A stretch of 64,000 nt of DNA from Betaproteobacteria bacterium (GTDB lineage Bacteria; Pseudomonadota; Gammaproteobacteria; Burkholderiales; SG8-41). Both the position numbers and the translations under genes were made by a program. Each line of letters opens with the position of its first letter. Positions within the stretch are counted from its first letter, which is position 1. Shown here piece after piece: positions 28,400 to 37,560 of this stretch. The notes below the pieces were generated by a model. That model had not been told where the DNA came from. It worked only from the letters and a program-made list of their open reading frames with translations, and ran no database searches. Location: the NCBI GenBank assembly GCA_028291945.1, contig JAQGNH010000384.1, positions 569-64,568 on the forward strand, read 5' to 3'.

Positions 28400-29804
28400 A
28401 CCATTGCGGCAGCAGCGAGCCAACGACCATTCCAGCGATACTCGCGAGCAGCCCCGCAAGCTGAGGCGGCATCGAAGCGTCAGGGTGAATGAACTCGAGC
28501 GCGAGCCAGGTCGTCAGGCCCGCAACCATCGCCAGGGCGGCGCCCTGGCTGGTCGCTTTGCGCCAGTAGAGGCCGAACGCGAGTGGGGTGAATGCAGCGG
28601 CCAGCGTGATCTTGTACGCACTCTCGACCATGCCGTAAATCGATGAGTTCGACACGAGAGCAAACGTCAGCACGGCGCACGCGAAAAGCAGTACCACTCC
28701 GCGCAGCATCCGCAAAAATTGCCAGTCAGCCAGATCCGGCATCAGCGGGCGCAGGATATTTTCCGCGACCGTGACCGATGGTGCGAGCAGCGTCGCAGCC
28801 GAGCACGACAGTATCGCGGAAATCAGCGCTCCGAAAAAGAATACCTGAGCGGCAAACGGCGCGTGCGTGAGTATCAGTCGCGGCAGGATCTGTTGAGAGT
28901 CGCTCGTGAGGTAGCGCTCGATCAGCGCGGGATCGAGCAGGGTCGCCGAGTAGGCGAGAAACATCGGGACGAAAGCAAAGCAGAAATAAAGAGACCCGCC
29001 GATGACAGACCCGTTGCCAGCGATGCGCTCGGTCCGCGCAGCCGCAACGCGCTGGAATACATCCTGCTGCGGTATGGAGCCGAGCGCCATCGTCGCCCAC
29101 GCTCCGACGAATGCGATTACGTCGCGCGCGGCGAGTTTGGGAAAAAACTCGAACTTACCTGCCTGCGCGGCGTGATCCAGAACAACGGCGGGCCCGCCGA
29201 CCAAGCCCGAAATCACGTACGCAATGTAGATCATGCCGGCCATGATCACAGTCATCTGGAAAAGGTCGGTGAAAGCAACTGATAACATGCCCCCGGAAAG
29301 CGTCCACACGAGCACGATTGCCACGCCGAGGATCATGCCCTGCCAGGGTTGAATCGCGCCGTCGGTGAGAATCGAGAACACGAGCCCCAGCGCGGTGATT
29401 TGCGCCGATACCCAGCCGAGATATGAGAGCACGATACAGACCGAAGCGGCCACTTCGATATGGCGGTTGTAGCGCCCGCGGTAATAGTCTCCTATCGTCA
29501 GCAGCCCGAGCCGATAAAGCGGTCGCGCGAAGAAGAGGCCCACGAGGATAAGGCACATGCTCGACCCGAAAGGGTCCGCGACTACGCCGCGCAAACCTTC
29601 ATTGAGAAACTTGGCGGGTATGCCGAGAACAGTTTCGGATCCGAACCAGGTCGCAAACACCGTTGCCACGATGAAAGGCAGCGGCAGGTGGCGGCCGGCC
29701 ACGACGAAGTCCGTGGAGTTCTTGACCTTGGTTGCGGCGTAGAGGCCGATACAGATGGAGACGAGCAGGTACAGCGTAACGAACCAGATCAGATTCGAAG
29801 CCAT
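28359..29804 (-). CDS. sodium:solute symporter (SSS) family transporter
   Basis: 481 aa with about 13 hydrophobic segments and SSS N-terminal features (VVAGRHLPLPFIVATVFATWFGSETVLG). The substrate cannot be called from sequence. Confidence 0.85.
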   Translation of the reverse strand: MASNLIWFVTLYLLVSICIGLYAATKVKNSTDFVVAGRHLPLPFIVATVFATWFGSETVLGIPAKFLNEGLRGVVADPFGSSMCLILVGLFFARPLYRLGLLTIGDYYRGRYNRHIEVAASVCIVLSYLGWVSAQITALGLVFSILTDGAIQPWQGMILGVAIVLVWTLSGGMLSVAFTDLFQMTVIMAGMIYIAYVISGLVGGPAVVLDHAAQAGKFEFFPKLAARDVIAFVGAWATMALGSIPQQDVFQRVAAARTERIAGNGSVIGGSLYFCFAFVPMFLAYSATLLDPALIERYLTSDSQQILPRLILTHAPFAAQVFFFGALISAILSCSAATLLAPSVTVAENILRPLMPDLADWQFLRMLRGVVLLFACAVLTFALVSNSSIYGMVESAYKITLAAAFTPLAFGLYWRKATSQGAALAMVAGLTTWLALEFIHPDASMPPQLAGLLASIAGMVVGSLLPQWYGQARHHAPAHAI

Positions 29805-29871
29805 GGCAAATCTCGAGACTGGCGCGGCGCCTGCCGCACGGCACGCGAATTATACGATGTGCAGTAACCGC

Positions 29872-31392
29872 TTAAAGCAGCGAGACGGCGGCCACGCCGA
29901 GCAGCGCCGCAAGGAGCACTGCGATAACCGCCAGCATGCGGTTCGTTTGCCGGCGTTCCTCGAGCATCGCAAGGACGCTCGCCGGCTGCTGGGAGGCGAC
30001 TTGCTGGTTCAAGGCCTGATGCAGTAAGCGCGGTAGTTGCGGCAGCACGATGGCCCACGTCGGCGCCTCTTCCTGTACGCGACGCAAGAGCCCGCGCCAC
30101 CCGACCTGTTCCGACATCCAGCGTTCGAGAAAAGGTTTGGCGGTGGACCACAGATCCAGATTCGGATCGAGCTGGCGTCCAAGGCCTTCGATATTCAGCA
30201 ATGTTTTCTGCAGCAGCACGAGCTGCGGCTGCACTTCCACGTTGAAGCGCCGCGAGGCCTGGAACAATCGAAGGAGCACGCGTCCGAAGGAGATGTCTTT
30301 CAACGGGCGGTCGAAAACGGGCTCGCAAACGGCCCGTATCGCAGCTTCGAACTCATCGATCCGCGTGTTGGCAGGCGCCCATCCGGATTCAATGTGCGCC
30401 ACAGCAACACGGTGGTAGTCGCGCCGGAAGAAGCCCAGAAAATTCTGGGCAAGGTAGTGTTTGTCCACTTCGGTCAGCGTGCCCATGATCCCGAAATCGA
30501 GCGCAATGTAACGCCCCTGTGGCGAGACGAGAATGTTGCCGGGATGCATATCGGCGTGAAAAAAACCGTCGCGAAACACCTGGGTGAAAAAAATCTCGAC
30601 ACCCGCACGTGCGAGGCGCGGTATATCGATGCCCTGCTCCTGCAAAGCAGTCACTTGATTGACAGGCGTGCCGCGCATGCGCTGCATCACCATCACATCC
30701 TCGGCGCAATAGTCCCAGTACACTTCGGGGACGAGCAGCAGCGGTGATCTTTCGAAGTTGCGCCGGAGCTGGCTTGCATTGGCGGCCTCGCGAATCAGAT
30801 CCAGCTCGTTCTCGAGGTGCTTGCTGAATTCATCAACCACCGCGTGAGGCCGCAGCCGCCTTCCGTCCGCCCACAAGCTTTCCATGAGCGTTGCCCCCAC
30901 GTGCAGTAACGCGAGGTCATTGCCGATGATGCTGGAAATACCAGGACGCAGGACTTTGACCGCGACCTCTGTCCCGTCGGGCAGCTCGGCCAGATGAACT
31001 TGCGCGACCGAAGCACTGGCCACCGGCTCCCGGTCAAAGCGCAGGAACACCTCATCGACCGGTCGGCCGTATACCCGCTGCAACGTTGCCAGCACGTCTT
31101 GCACCGGGAAAGGCGGCACCTGATCCTGCAGCATCGCAAGCTCATCGGCGATGTCGGTCGGCAGCAGATCGCGGCGCGTTGAAAGGACCTGCCCGAATTT
31201 TACGAAGATGGGGCCGAGCGCTTCCAATGCACGCCGCAGGCGCACTGCCCGGGGCGTCTTGCGCTGCCGGCGCAACAATGTCCGGCCGAGAAAGGTTTTG
31301 AGGCCGCGCGCGCGCTGATGCTCGAGCACAAATTCGTAGAGTCCGAAGCGTATGCTGACGGAAACAATCTTGAGCAGTCGGAAAAACCGCAT
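29872..31392 (-). CDS. ubiB: ubiquinone biosynthesis regulatory protein kinase UbiB (ABC1 family)
   Basis: 506 aa with an ABC1 kinase-like domain ([34 protein letters not shown]) and a C-terminal TM segment. Follows ubiJ. Confidence 0.93.
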   Translation of the reverse strand: MRFFRLLKIVSVSIRFGLYEFVLEHQRARGLKTFLGRTLLRRQRKTPRAVRLRRALEALGPIFVKFGQVLSTRRDLLPTDIADELAMLQDQVPPFPVQDVLATLQRVYGRPVDEVFLRFDREPVASASVAQVHLAELPDGTEVAVKVLRPGISSIIGNDLALLHVGATLMESLWADGRRLRPHAVVDEFSKHLENELDLIREAANASQLRRNFERSPLLLVPEVYWDYCAEDVMVMQRMRGTPVNQVTALQEQGIDIPRLARAGVEIFFTQVFRDGFFHADMHPGNILVSPQGRYIALDFGIMGTLTEVDKHYLAQNFLGFFRRDYHRVAVAHIESGWAPANTRIDEFEAAIRAVCEPVFDRPLKDISFGRVLLRLFQASRRFNVEVQPQLVLLQKTLLNIEGLGRQLDPNLDLWSTAKPFLERWMSEQVGWRGLLRRVQEEAPTWAIVLPQLPRLLHQALNQQVASQQPASVLAMLEERRQTNRMLAVIAVLLAALLGVAAVSLL

Positions 31393-31449
31393 GCCTAGGC
31401 TGAAAGTGCCTGTGTGGGGAAAATGCGGCGCATGATCAGCGGCGGTGCT

Positions 31450-32037
31450 TCAGGCCGACTCGGACAGCCGGCGCCCGAGCAGCGCGAGCCGTTTTTCGAT
31501 CCGCTCCACGTCGTCGCGCAACACATCGACTTCGCGGTTGAACTGCTCCTGCGCATGTGCGCTCACTACGAGTGGTTTTTCGTAGGTTACATATTCAGCC
31601 ACGCTTTGGCTTACCTTGAGCGCCGTATCGCGGCCCCACAGGTGAGCCCGCTTTGCAGCAGACGCAAGGCGATGCGCAGCGATGTCACCGAAGAGCCGGC
31701 TCAGGTCCTCCTCGTAGTCCCACTCGATGTTGCGCCTGACGTAATCCAGCGCGCCGGCAAACTCGACATCGCCCGTCACCTGGGCAGCACTCCACGCAGC
31801 CGCATCGCTGGACGCGGCGCGGAGCAGGAGGCCGGGAGTGACGCCGATCGTCACATCTGCGGTTGTACCCAAAGGGGATGCCGCGAGCTCGCCCGATTGG
31901 GTCACGCTCACGAGCAGGGTGAACGGCGGACACGCCAGAAGTGCGGTCTTGCCCGCGTGCTCGCGCAATCGGTCGAGCGCCCACGTGTGCGAGCGGAGGA
32001 GTCGGTTGATGGCGGGTACGGCAAGGACTTCGAACAT
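31450..32037 (-). CDS. ubiJ: ubiquinone biosynthesis accessory factor UbiJ (SCP2-like)
   Basis: 195 aa with an SCP2-type N-terminal two thirds and a coiled C-terminus. Lies between the Tim44-like gene and ubiB. Confidence 0.8.
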   Translation of the reverse strand: MFEVLAVPAINRLLRSHTWALDRLREHAGKTALLACPPFTLLVSVTQSGELAASPLGTTADVTIGVTPGLLLRAASSDAAAWSAAQVTGDVEFAGALDYVRRNIEWDYEEDLSRLFGDIAAHRLASAAKRAHLWGRDTALKVSQSVAEYVTYEKPLVVSAHAQEQFNREVDVLRDDVERIEKRLALLGRRLSESA

Positions 32038-32088
32038 AAAAAAACCCGGGCCGCAGCCCGGGGTGACTGATTGTCGATGCTGGATGGA

Positions 32089-33027
32089 TTAAGCCTGCTG
32101 AATGCCAGCGAGCTGCCACCCTGACCGGCCATCGACCGGCTTGGTCAGGTGCCACACTTCACTGAAAGGCTCAGGCTCTGCGCCGGGCTGTTCCCGAATG
32201 AGCCCGGAGAAGCGCACGCTGACGACGTAGTTGCCATCTTCCACCGCAACGTCCAGCACTTCGGCGTCGAGCGTGACGACCTCCGTTTTCTGGGGCGTGG
32301 TGCTCGATGAGCGGATGTCCTCCTCGATCGCCTTGTACATTTCCGGCGTCAGGAAATCGCGCAGCGAAGCGAGGTCTCTCCGATCGTGGGCCTCTTGCAG
32401 CTTCACGAAATTCAGCTTTGCATGGCGCAGGAATTCCTCGGCATTGAAATCCGCAGGCCAGCGCCGCTCGGCGGTTAAACCAGAAGTCGCCGCAGCCACA
32501 GAGTGCGGCGCGGGACTGACGTCAGCTGGAACCGCAGCGGGCATGCGCGCTGGCGCGGATATCGGCTCGGTACGGGAGTACGGAGTCGCTCCAGCGTACC
32601 GGAGAGGCCCTTGAGCCGTCCGTCCGCCGCCGCGAAACAGTCGCACCAGGAATATCGCGCCCATCACGAGCGCACCAATGAGCAGTATGCCGGCGAGCGC
32701 CCCACCGAAGCCGTTATGAAAAAACAAGGAAGCGAGACCTGCGCCGATCGCCAGTCCGGCAAGCGGCCCGAGCCATCGGCTCATACCCGAAGGTTGCTGC
32801 GCGGGTGGGCTGGTCGGCCCGGTCTGCCGCTGTTGAGCAGGCGTATTCTGAGCGCCTTGCTGCTGCTGTTGCTGCGGAGGCGTGCGCGGTGCAGCCTGCT
32901 GCGGACTGATAGACTCGCGCTGTCTGCCCAGATTTTTACCCCCGCCCATCCGCCGGGCTGCGTCAACGTCTACAGCGATCAGGCTTAAGCCGATCAAAGC
33001 AACGATAACGCTGAAAAACTTACGCAT
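32089..33027 (-). CDS. Tim44-like domain membrane protein
   Basis: Signal/anchor segment, a Gln/Pro-rich linker, a Gly-rich TM, and a C-terminal Tim44-like domain (FNAEEFLRHAKLNFVKLQEAHDRRDLASLRDFLTPEMY...W.LAGIQQ). Confidence 0.8.
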   Translation of the reverse strand: MRKFFSVIVALIGLSLIAVDVDAARRMGGGKNLGRQRESISPQQAAPRTPPQQQQQQGAQNTPAQQRQTGPTSPPAQQPSGMSRWLGPLAGLAIGAGLASLFFHNGFGGALAGILLIGALVMGAIFLVRLFRGGGRTAQGPLRYAGATPYSRTEPISAPARMPAAVPADVSPAPHSVAAATSGLTAERRWPADFNAEEFLRHAKLNFVKLQEAHDRRDLASLRDFLTPEMYKAIEEDIRSSSTTPQKTEVVTLDAEVLDVAVEDGNYVVSVRFSGLIREQPGAEPEPFSEVWHLTKPVDGRSGWQLAGIQQA

Positions 33028-33112
33028 ATCAAAATCTCCTTGGTGGAGTAGCCGGATGATTATAACGGTTCACGTGTGCGGGCTCGTTGCGAATTGCGCG
33101 CCTGATTGGCCG

Positions 33113-33832
33113 TCACCGTGAATAAGCTACCAGCTCGCCTATGAGCCAATCACCACGAATGCGCAGTGGGTATTCGCCCCCGCCGTCGCTCCCGCCACGA
33201 GATGTATCGAAATGCTGAGAGCTCGTCTGCGTGAGCACAGCCCGGCGAACACTCGGCACGTACCAGTCGGTTTCGGTGATCTCTTCCTGTGTTCTGAAGC
33301 CATCCATATTGCCGGCAAAGACCTGGCGCTCGACCTTGAGCGCATCGAATTCACCCGCGGGAACCCTGACGCGCTCCCAGCCCACCACTTTGCCCTGCAC
33401 GTACGTGCGGTAATGCTTTCCGGTTGCGACTTCTGTCGACTGCACCGCCATTCGCCACGTTTTGCCCGGCTCGAGCGGATAGGAAAAAGCCTCGTAGGGG
33501 GGGTCGTAGCGAAAACGGTCCATCGGCGTAATTGGCAGCTCGCGTGCGTTCCAGCCGCCGGCGTAGACGAGGGTATCGAGCTGCGCACCATCATTCGTGA
33601 GCGTAACGATGATTCGATCGGGCTCGATCCGGGTGACTTCGTAGCGGTAAATGCCTCGAGGAATGCTGGTGTAGCCGTCGCGGACGGCGTACTCCCAGTA
33701 ATCGCCGACCTTCGCCTGCGGTGCAGGTACCGAGGCTGGTGCGTTCGTTGGGACAGACTGAGGCGTAGTCGTGCAAGCTGCAAGAATTGACAAGGCTGTA
33801 AGCACAACGAGCAGATGTTTCATGGCGGTCAC
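33113..33832 (-). CDS. lipoprotein of unknown family (paralog B)
   Basis: Lipobox LSILAAC after a signal peptide. The mature part aligns end-to-end with the product of 33990..34739. Confidence 0.7.
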   Translation of the reverse strand: MTAMKHLLVVLTALSILAACTTTPQSVPTNAPASVPAPQAKVGDYWEYAVRDGYTSIPRGIYRYEVTRIEPDRIIVTLTNDGAQLDTLVYAGGWNARELPITPMDRFRYDPPYEAFSYPLEPGKTWRMAVQSTEVATGKHYRTYVQGKVVGWERVRVPAGEFDALKVERQVFAGNMDGFRTQEEITETDWYVPSVRRAVLTQTSSQHFDTSRGGSDGGGEYPLRIRGDWLIGELVAYSR

Positions 33833-33989
33833 TCCTCAAATCGCACAGTGTTCGATCATGTAAGCGTCGTTTCGTTCTCACTCGCGCGGGCAAGACTCGT
33901 TTACCAACCGGGGTGCCCCTTCAGCCACGGCAAAGCTGCACGTGATTGTCGCTGAGACTGCGCGCGCTCCGAGTGAGCGAACGGGAACA

Positions 33990-34739
33990 TTATTGCGGCG
34001 CGCGCAGTTCGGCTGACCCTCCCGAATAGCGCACGAGCTCAGCGATGAGCCAATCTCCGCGTACGCGCAGCGGCCTGCCGCGGCCACCTCCGCTGCGCGA
34101 CGTATCGATGTGGCTGGAATTACCTTCGTTGACCACGACATAACCGACAGACGGCGCGTACCAGTCCGTCTGCGTGATCTCCTCCTGCAGCCTGAAGAAT
34201 TCCGCGTTGCCGGCGTAAACGTAGCGTACCACTTGAAGGGCATCGAATTCGCCTGCGGGCACGTGGATACGGCGCCAACCACCCACCCGTGCATGAACGT
34301 GCACTGAATAGGATTTGCCGGTGATCGGATCGGTGGCACGCACGATGCGACGCCATGTTTTGCCCGGATACAGCGGAAACTCATAGGCGGGGAACGGCGG
34401 CTTGTAGCGGAAGCGCTGCAAGTTGGTGAGCGGCTGCTCGATTGGGTTCCACCCTGGCGCGTAGACGTATGCATCGACATGCACGCCATCCTGTATCACG
34501 TCGACCACCGCCTGGGTCGCGTCCAGGCGTGCCACCGTATAGCGGTACACGCCCCGTGGCAGGCCTGTATACGCATCGTGGACTGCGTACTCCCAATACT
34601 GCCCTGCTTTGAGATCCCGTGCGGGTACCGTTGCAGCGCCCTGGGGAGGCGAGAGCTCGGGGGCGGTGACGCAGGCCGCAATCAAACCACAGGCGATCAC
34701 GCCTGTGCTGCAGATTAACCTGCGTCGGAGGTGCTGCAT
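33990..34739 (-). CDS. lipoprotein of unknown family (paralog A)
   Basis: Lipobox GLIAAC. Shares the blocks YWEYAV, PRG.YRY.V, PGKTWR, VPAGEFDAL, QEEIT.TDWY.PSV and PLR.RGDWLI.ELV.YS with 33113..33832. Starts 15 nt after the ubiE stop. Confidence 0.7.
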   Translation of the reverse strand: MQHLRRRLICSTGVIACGLIAACVTAPELSPPQGAATVPARDLKAGQYWEYAVHDAYTGLPRGVYRYTVARLDATQAVVDVIQDGVHVDAYVYAPGWNPIEQPLTNLQRFRYKPPFPAYEFPLYPGKTWRRIVRATDPITGKSYSVHVHARVGGWRRIHVPAGEFDALQVVRYVYAGNAEFFRLQEEITQTDWYAPSVGYVVVNEGNSSHIDTSRSGGGRGRPLRVRGDWLIAELVRYSGGSAELRAPQ

Positions 34740-34754
34740 TATCGCCGTTCGCCT

Positions 34755-35489
34755 TCAGAACTTAACACCTCGATGCAGGGCGATTATTCCAGCGCTTACG
34801 CTCAAATACTCAACACGATCGAAACCGGCTTGTTCCATCATCTGCTTCAGGGTCTCCTGATCCGGATGCATCCGGATCGACTCGGCGAGATAGCGGTAGC
34901 TGTCGGCGTCACCGGCGATGATCCGGCCCAGCCGCGGCAGCACCTGGAACGAATAAGCGTCGTACAGCGGGGCAACGGGTTTCCAGATGCGTGAGAACTC
35001 GAGCACCAGCAGACGTCCGCCAGCTTTGAGCACCCGAAGCATTTCGTTCAGCGCGACTTCCTTGTGCGTCATGTTGCGCAGACCAAAGGCGACGCTCACG
35101 CAGTCGAAGCTTTCGTCAGAAAAAGGCAAGCGCTCGGCGTCGCATTGAGCGGCCGGGAGAATGACGCCATCGTCGATCAGACGATCGCGGCCCGCCTGGA
35201 GCATCGAACGGTTGATGTCCGTCAAAACGACGCGGCCTGTTTCGCCGACGCGCTGCGCAAACAGGCGCGCGACGTCGCCCGTGCCGCCTGCGACGTCGAG
35301 CACGCTCTCACCCGGCCGCACGAGGCTGTGTTCGATCAGCATACGCTTCCAGAGCCGGTGCAGGCCGAGCGACATGAGATCGTTCATGAGGTCGTAGCGA
35401 CCGGCGACCGAGTCGAACACACCGGCTACGCGGCGTGCCTTCTCGTCTTCCGGAACCTCGTGGAAACCGAAATCGGTGGTCTTGTTCAT
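34755..35489 (-). CDS. ubiE: demethylmenaquinone / 2-methoxy-6-polyprenyl-1,4-benzoquinol methyltransferase
   Basis: [31 protein letters not shown] and SAM motif [10 protein letters not shown]. The start is trimmed to ATG 35489 (MNKTTDFGF). Confidence 0.93.
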   Translation of the reverse strand: MNKTTDFGFHEVPEDEKARRVAGVFDSVAGRYDLMNDLMSLGLHRLWKRMLIEHSLVRPGESVLDVAGGTGDVARLFAQRVGETGRVVLTDINRSMLQAGRDRLIDDGVILPAAQCDAERLPFSDESFDCVSVAFGLRNMTHKEVALNEMLRVLKAGGRLLVLEFSRIWKPVAPLYDAYSFQVLPRLGRIIAGDADSYRYLAESIRMHPDQETLKQMMEQAGFDRVEYLSVSAGIIALHRGVKF

Positions 35490-35517
35490 GGTCGGGTGCA
35501 AAATGCTTGACTGCTCA

Positions 35518-35880
35518 TCATTTGTCTTCGCGACTGGCGCCTGCGTCGGCAAGACGCTTCAAATACTGCTGCCACATGACCTGCTGTCGCTCACCGTAGT
35601 CGTAGAGCAAGTCCCAAGAATAGATACCCGTATCGTGTCCGTCGGAGAACCTCAGTTGTACCGCGTAGTGCCCTACGGGTTCGACCGCAACGATCTGTAC
35701 GTTCTTCTTGCCGATCTGCAGCACCTCCTGTCCAGGGCCATGACCCCGAACCTCGGCAGACGGTGAATAGACGCGCAGGAACTCGGATGGCAGCCGGAAT
35801 GCTTTTCCATCGGCGTAGGAGATTTCGACGAGCTGCGACTTCTGGTGCAGCTTGATTTCGAGCGGATTGGGCGCGGGCAT
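35518..35880 (-). CDS. DUF971-family protein (gamma-butyrobetaine hydroxylase-like N-terminal domain)
   Basis: 120 aa with [14 protein letters not shown] ... [25 protein letters not shown]. Conserved partner upstream of ubiE. Confidence 0.8.
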   Translation of the reverse strand: MPAPNPLEIKLHQKSQLVEISYADGKAFRLPSEFLRVYSPSAEVRGHGPGQEVLQIGKKNVQIVAVEPVGHYAVQLRFSDGHDTGIYSWDLLYDYGERQQVMWQQYLKRLADAGASREDK

Positions 35881-36007
35881 TTATAGGTCAATGAGGGTGA
35901 TGAGTGATGCGTGGCGCGTGATCATGAATTGCTGAGGAACCGCTCTCCCGGTCAAGCTCCCTGCGGCGACGGATGATATATGAAGCGTAAAGCCGTCGAG
36001 CTGCGGA

Positions 36008-36415
36008 TCAGTCGAGCGCTGCCGCGAGCGCCGCTGCAAGCGACGCGGTGCTCGCCTGGCGTCCGTCGTCGACCCGCGCGCGCGTGGGTGCTGCCCAGAT
36101 CGGCTGCGGATAATGCGGATCATCCGCGAAGCGGGGGATCACATGCCAGTGCAGGTGAGGAACAAGATTACCCAGGCTCGCGAGATTCATCTTGTCGGGT
36201 TCCAGCTGTTCACGGATCACGGACTCCACGGCGAAAACGACTTCCATGAGATGTAGCCGATCGTCTTCCGACAGATCAGTCATCTCTTTCACGTGAGTCT
36301 CCCAGATCACACGGCAGAAGCCGGGATAGCCCGGTTCGGCAACGTGCACCACGCGGCACCGCTGGTCCTGCCACAGCAGCTCTCCTCCGGTTCGACTGCA
36401 CAGCTCGCACATCAT
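36008..36415 (-). CDS. HIT-family protein
   Basis: Histidine-triad motif PHLHWHVIPR. The start is trimmed to ATG 36415 (MMCELCSR...), 5 nt after the upstream stop. Confidence 0.85.
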   Translation of the reverse strand: MMCELCSRTGGELLWQDQRCRVVHVAEPGYPGFCRVIWETHVKEMTDLSEDDRLHLMEVVFAVESVIREQLEPDKMNLASLGNLVPHLHWHVIPRFADDPHYPQPIWAAPTRARVDDGRQASTASLAAALAAALD

Positions 36416-36420
36416 GCCGC

Positions 36421-37497
36421 TTAGCCTTTCCTGCTGAACGTCCACCGGGCTGCGGCGCAGGCGAGTGTTAGTCCGCGTGTGACGGCGCGGCGCCGCCAAT
36501 CTCCCGCGGCCGGACACAGCACTTCGCGCAGACGCAGTTTAGCCGGATGAACTATGCTGCCGTCGCCATAAAAATGCCAGCGGTTTTCCTCGCGCAGGGC
36601 GTGCAGTATCGCGAGCGGCGGATAGGTGCCGATCTCCTGCAGGATGAAGTCTATTTTTGCCCGGGGCAGCAGGTGCCGCAGTGCGGCTCCGTACCCGCCC
36701 CGCACGGTATAAGCAACTGAAGGGCGCGCCGGATCGACAAGCTCGCGCCCGAGAGCGCTGCTGAGCGTTGCCGGTGCGGTGGCCGTATCGGTGCTACTGC
36801 TCAGCCATGTATCGGTGCCGCGGCGTCCGAGCCCTGTGTGCAGATCGACGCCGAATACGTAATCAGCGTCCGAAAGATGCTGCTGGAGCCAGGCGCTGAA
36901 CATTCGCGCACCCGGCTGCAATTCACGGCCACCGAAGAACAAGCCCTGCTCGTACTCGTACTGACCTTCCGCGATTGCATGCTTGACCTGATGAAAGCCC
37001 AGTTTCACGGCGATTGCAGGCGCCCGCACGCGGAAACCATCGTGCGCAGGTGCAGACGTTGGATTGAGCAGCGGATCGAGCACGCCATAGAGCTCAGGCG
37101 CACCCGCAAAGCGCTCGCCATTCACCAGAAAATTGCGGTTGAGATCGACATTGTTCTCGTTGGTGCGCCTCAACCACGCCATACCGTAGGGATTCAGCAC
37201 GTGCACCAGAACGAGCGCGTCTTCGGACCCGGGGACCGGCGGGGCATTCAGTAGTGCCAGCTGAACCGCCGCGCCCGTGAATGCTTCGACGCCGTGCAAG
37301 CCAGTGGTATGCAAGAACACATTCCGCGGATGCGGCGAGCCGATCCATGCAATGTCGATGCAGAGCGCTTCGCCGCGGGGACCTCTCGTCGGTAAACCGA
37401 TCGCGTGCAAGGCAGCGCCTGCGTGCGTGGCTGATTCGCGAAACCGCGTGCGCGCGGTTTCGTAGTCAGGTGAAAAGCACGCCTCCGCATTCACCAT
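36421..37497 (-). CDS. DUF2817 / M14-like (succinylglutamate desuccinylase-type) metallopeptidase family protein
   Basis: 358 aa with the N-terminal pattern FSPDYETARTRFRE ... FLHTTGLHGVEAFTG ... NPYG...RRTNENNVDLNRNF, typical of this family. Confidence 0.7.
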   Translation of the reverse strand: MVNAEACFSPDYETARTRFRESATHAGAALHAIGLPTRGPRGEALCIDIAWIGSPHPRNVFLHTTGLHGVEAFTGAAVQLALLNAPPVPGSEDALVLVHVLNPYGMAWLRRTNENNVDLNRNFLVNGERFAGAPELYGVLDPLLNPTSAPAHDGFRVRAPAIAVKLGFHQVKHAIAEGQYEYEQGLFFGGRELQPGARMFSAWLQQHLSDADYVFGVDLHTGLGRRGTDTWLSSSTDTATAPATLSSALGRELVDPARPSVAYTVRGGYGAALRHLLPRAKIDFILQEIGTYPPLAILHALREENRWHFYGDGSIVHPAKLRLREVLCPAAGDWRRRAVTRGLTLACAAARWTFSRKG

Positions 37498-37560
37498 TCA
37501 GTAGTGAAATCCGTACGCTGGGGACGAGGGCTCCGGAGTTCGCATGTACTCTGACTGGGT

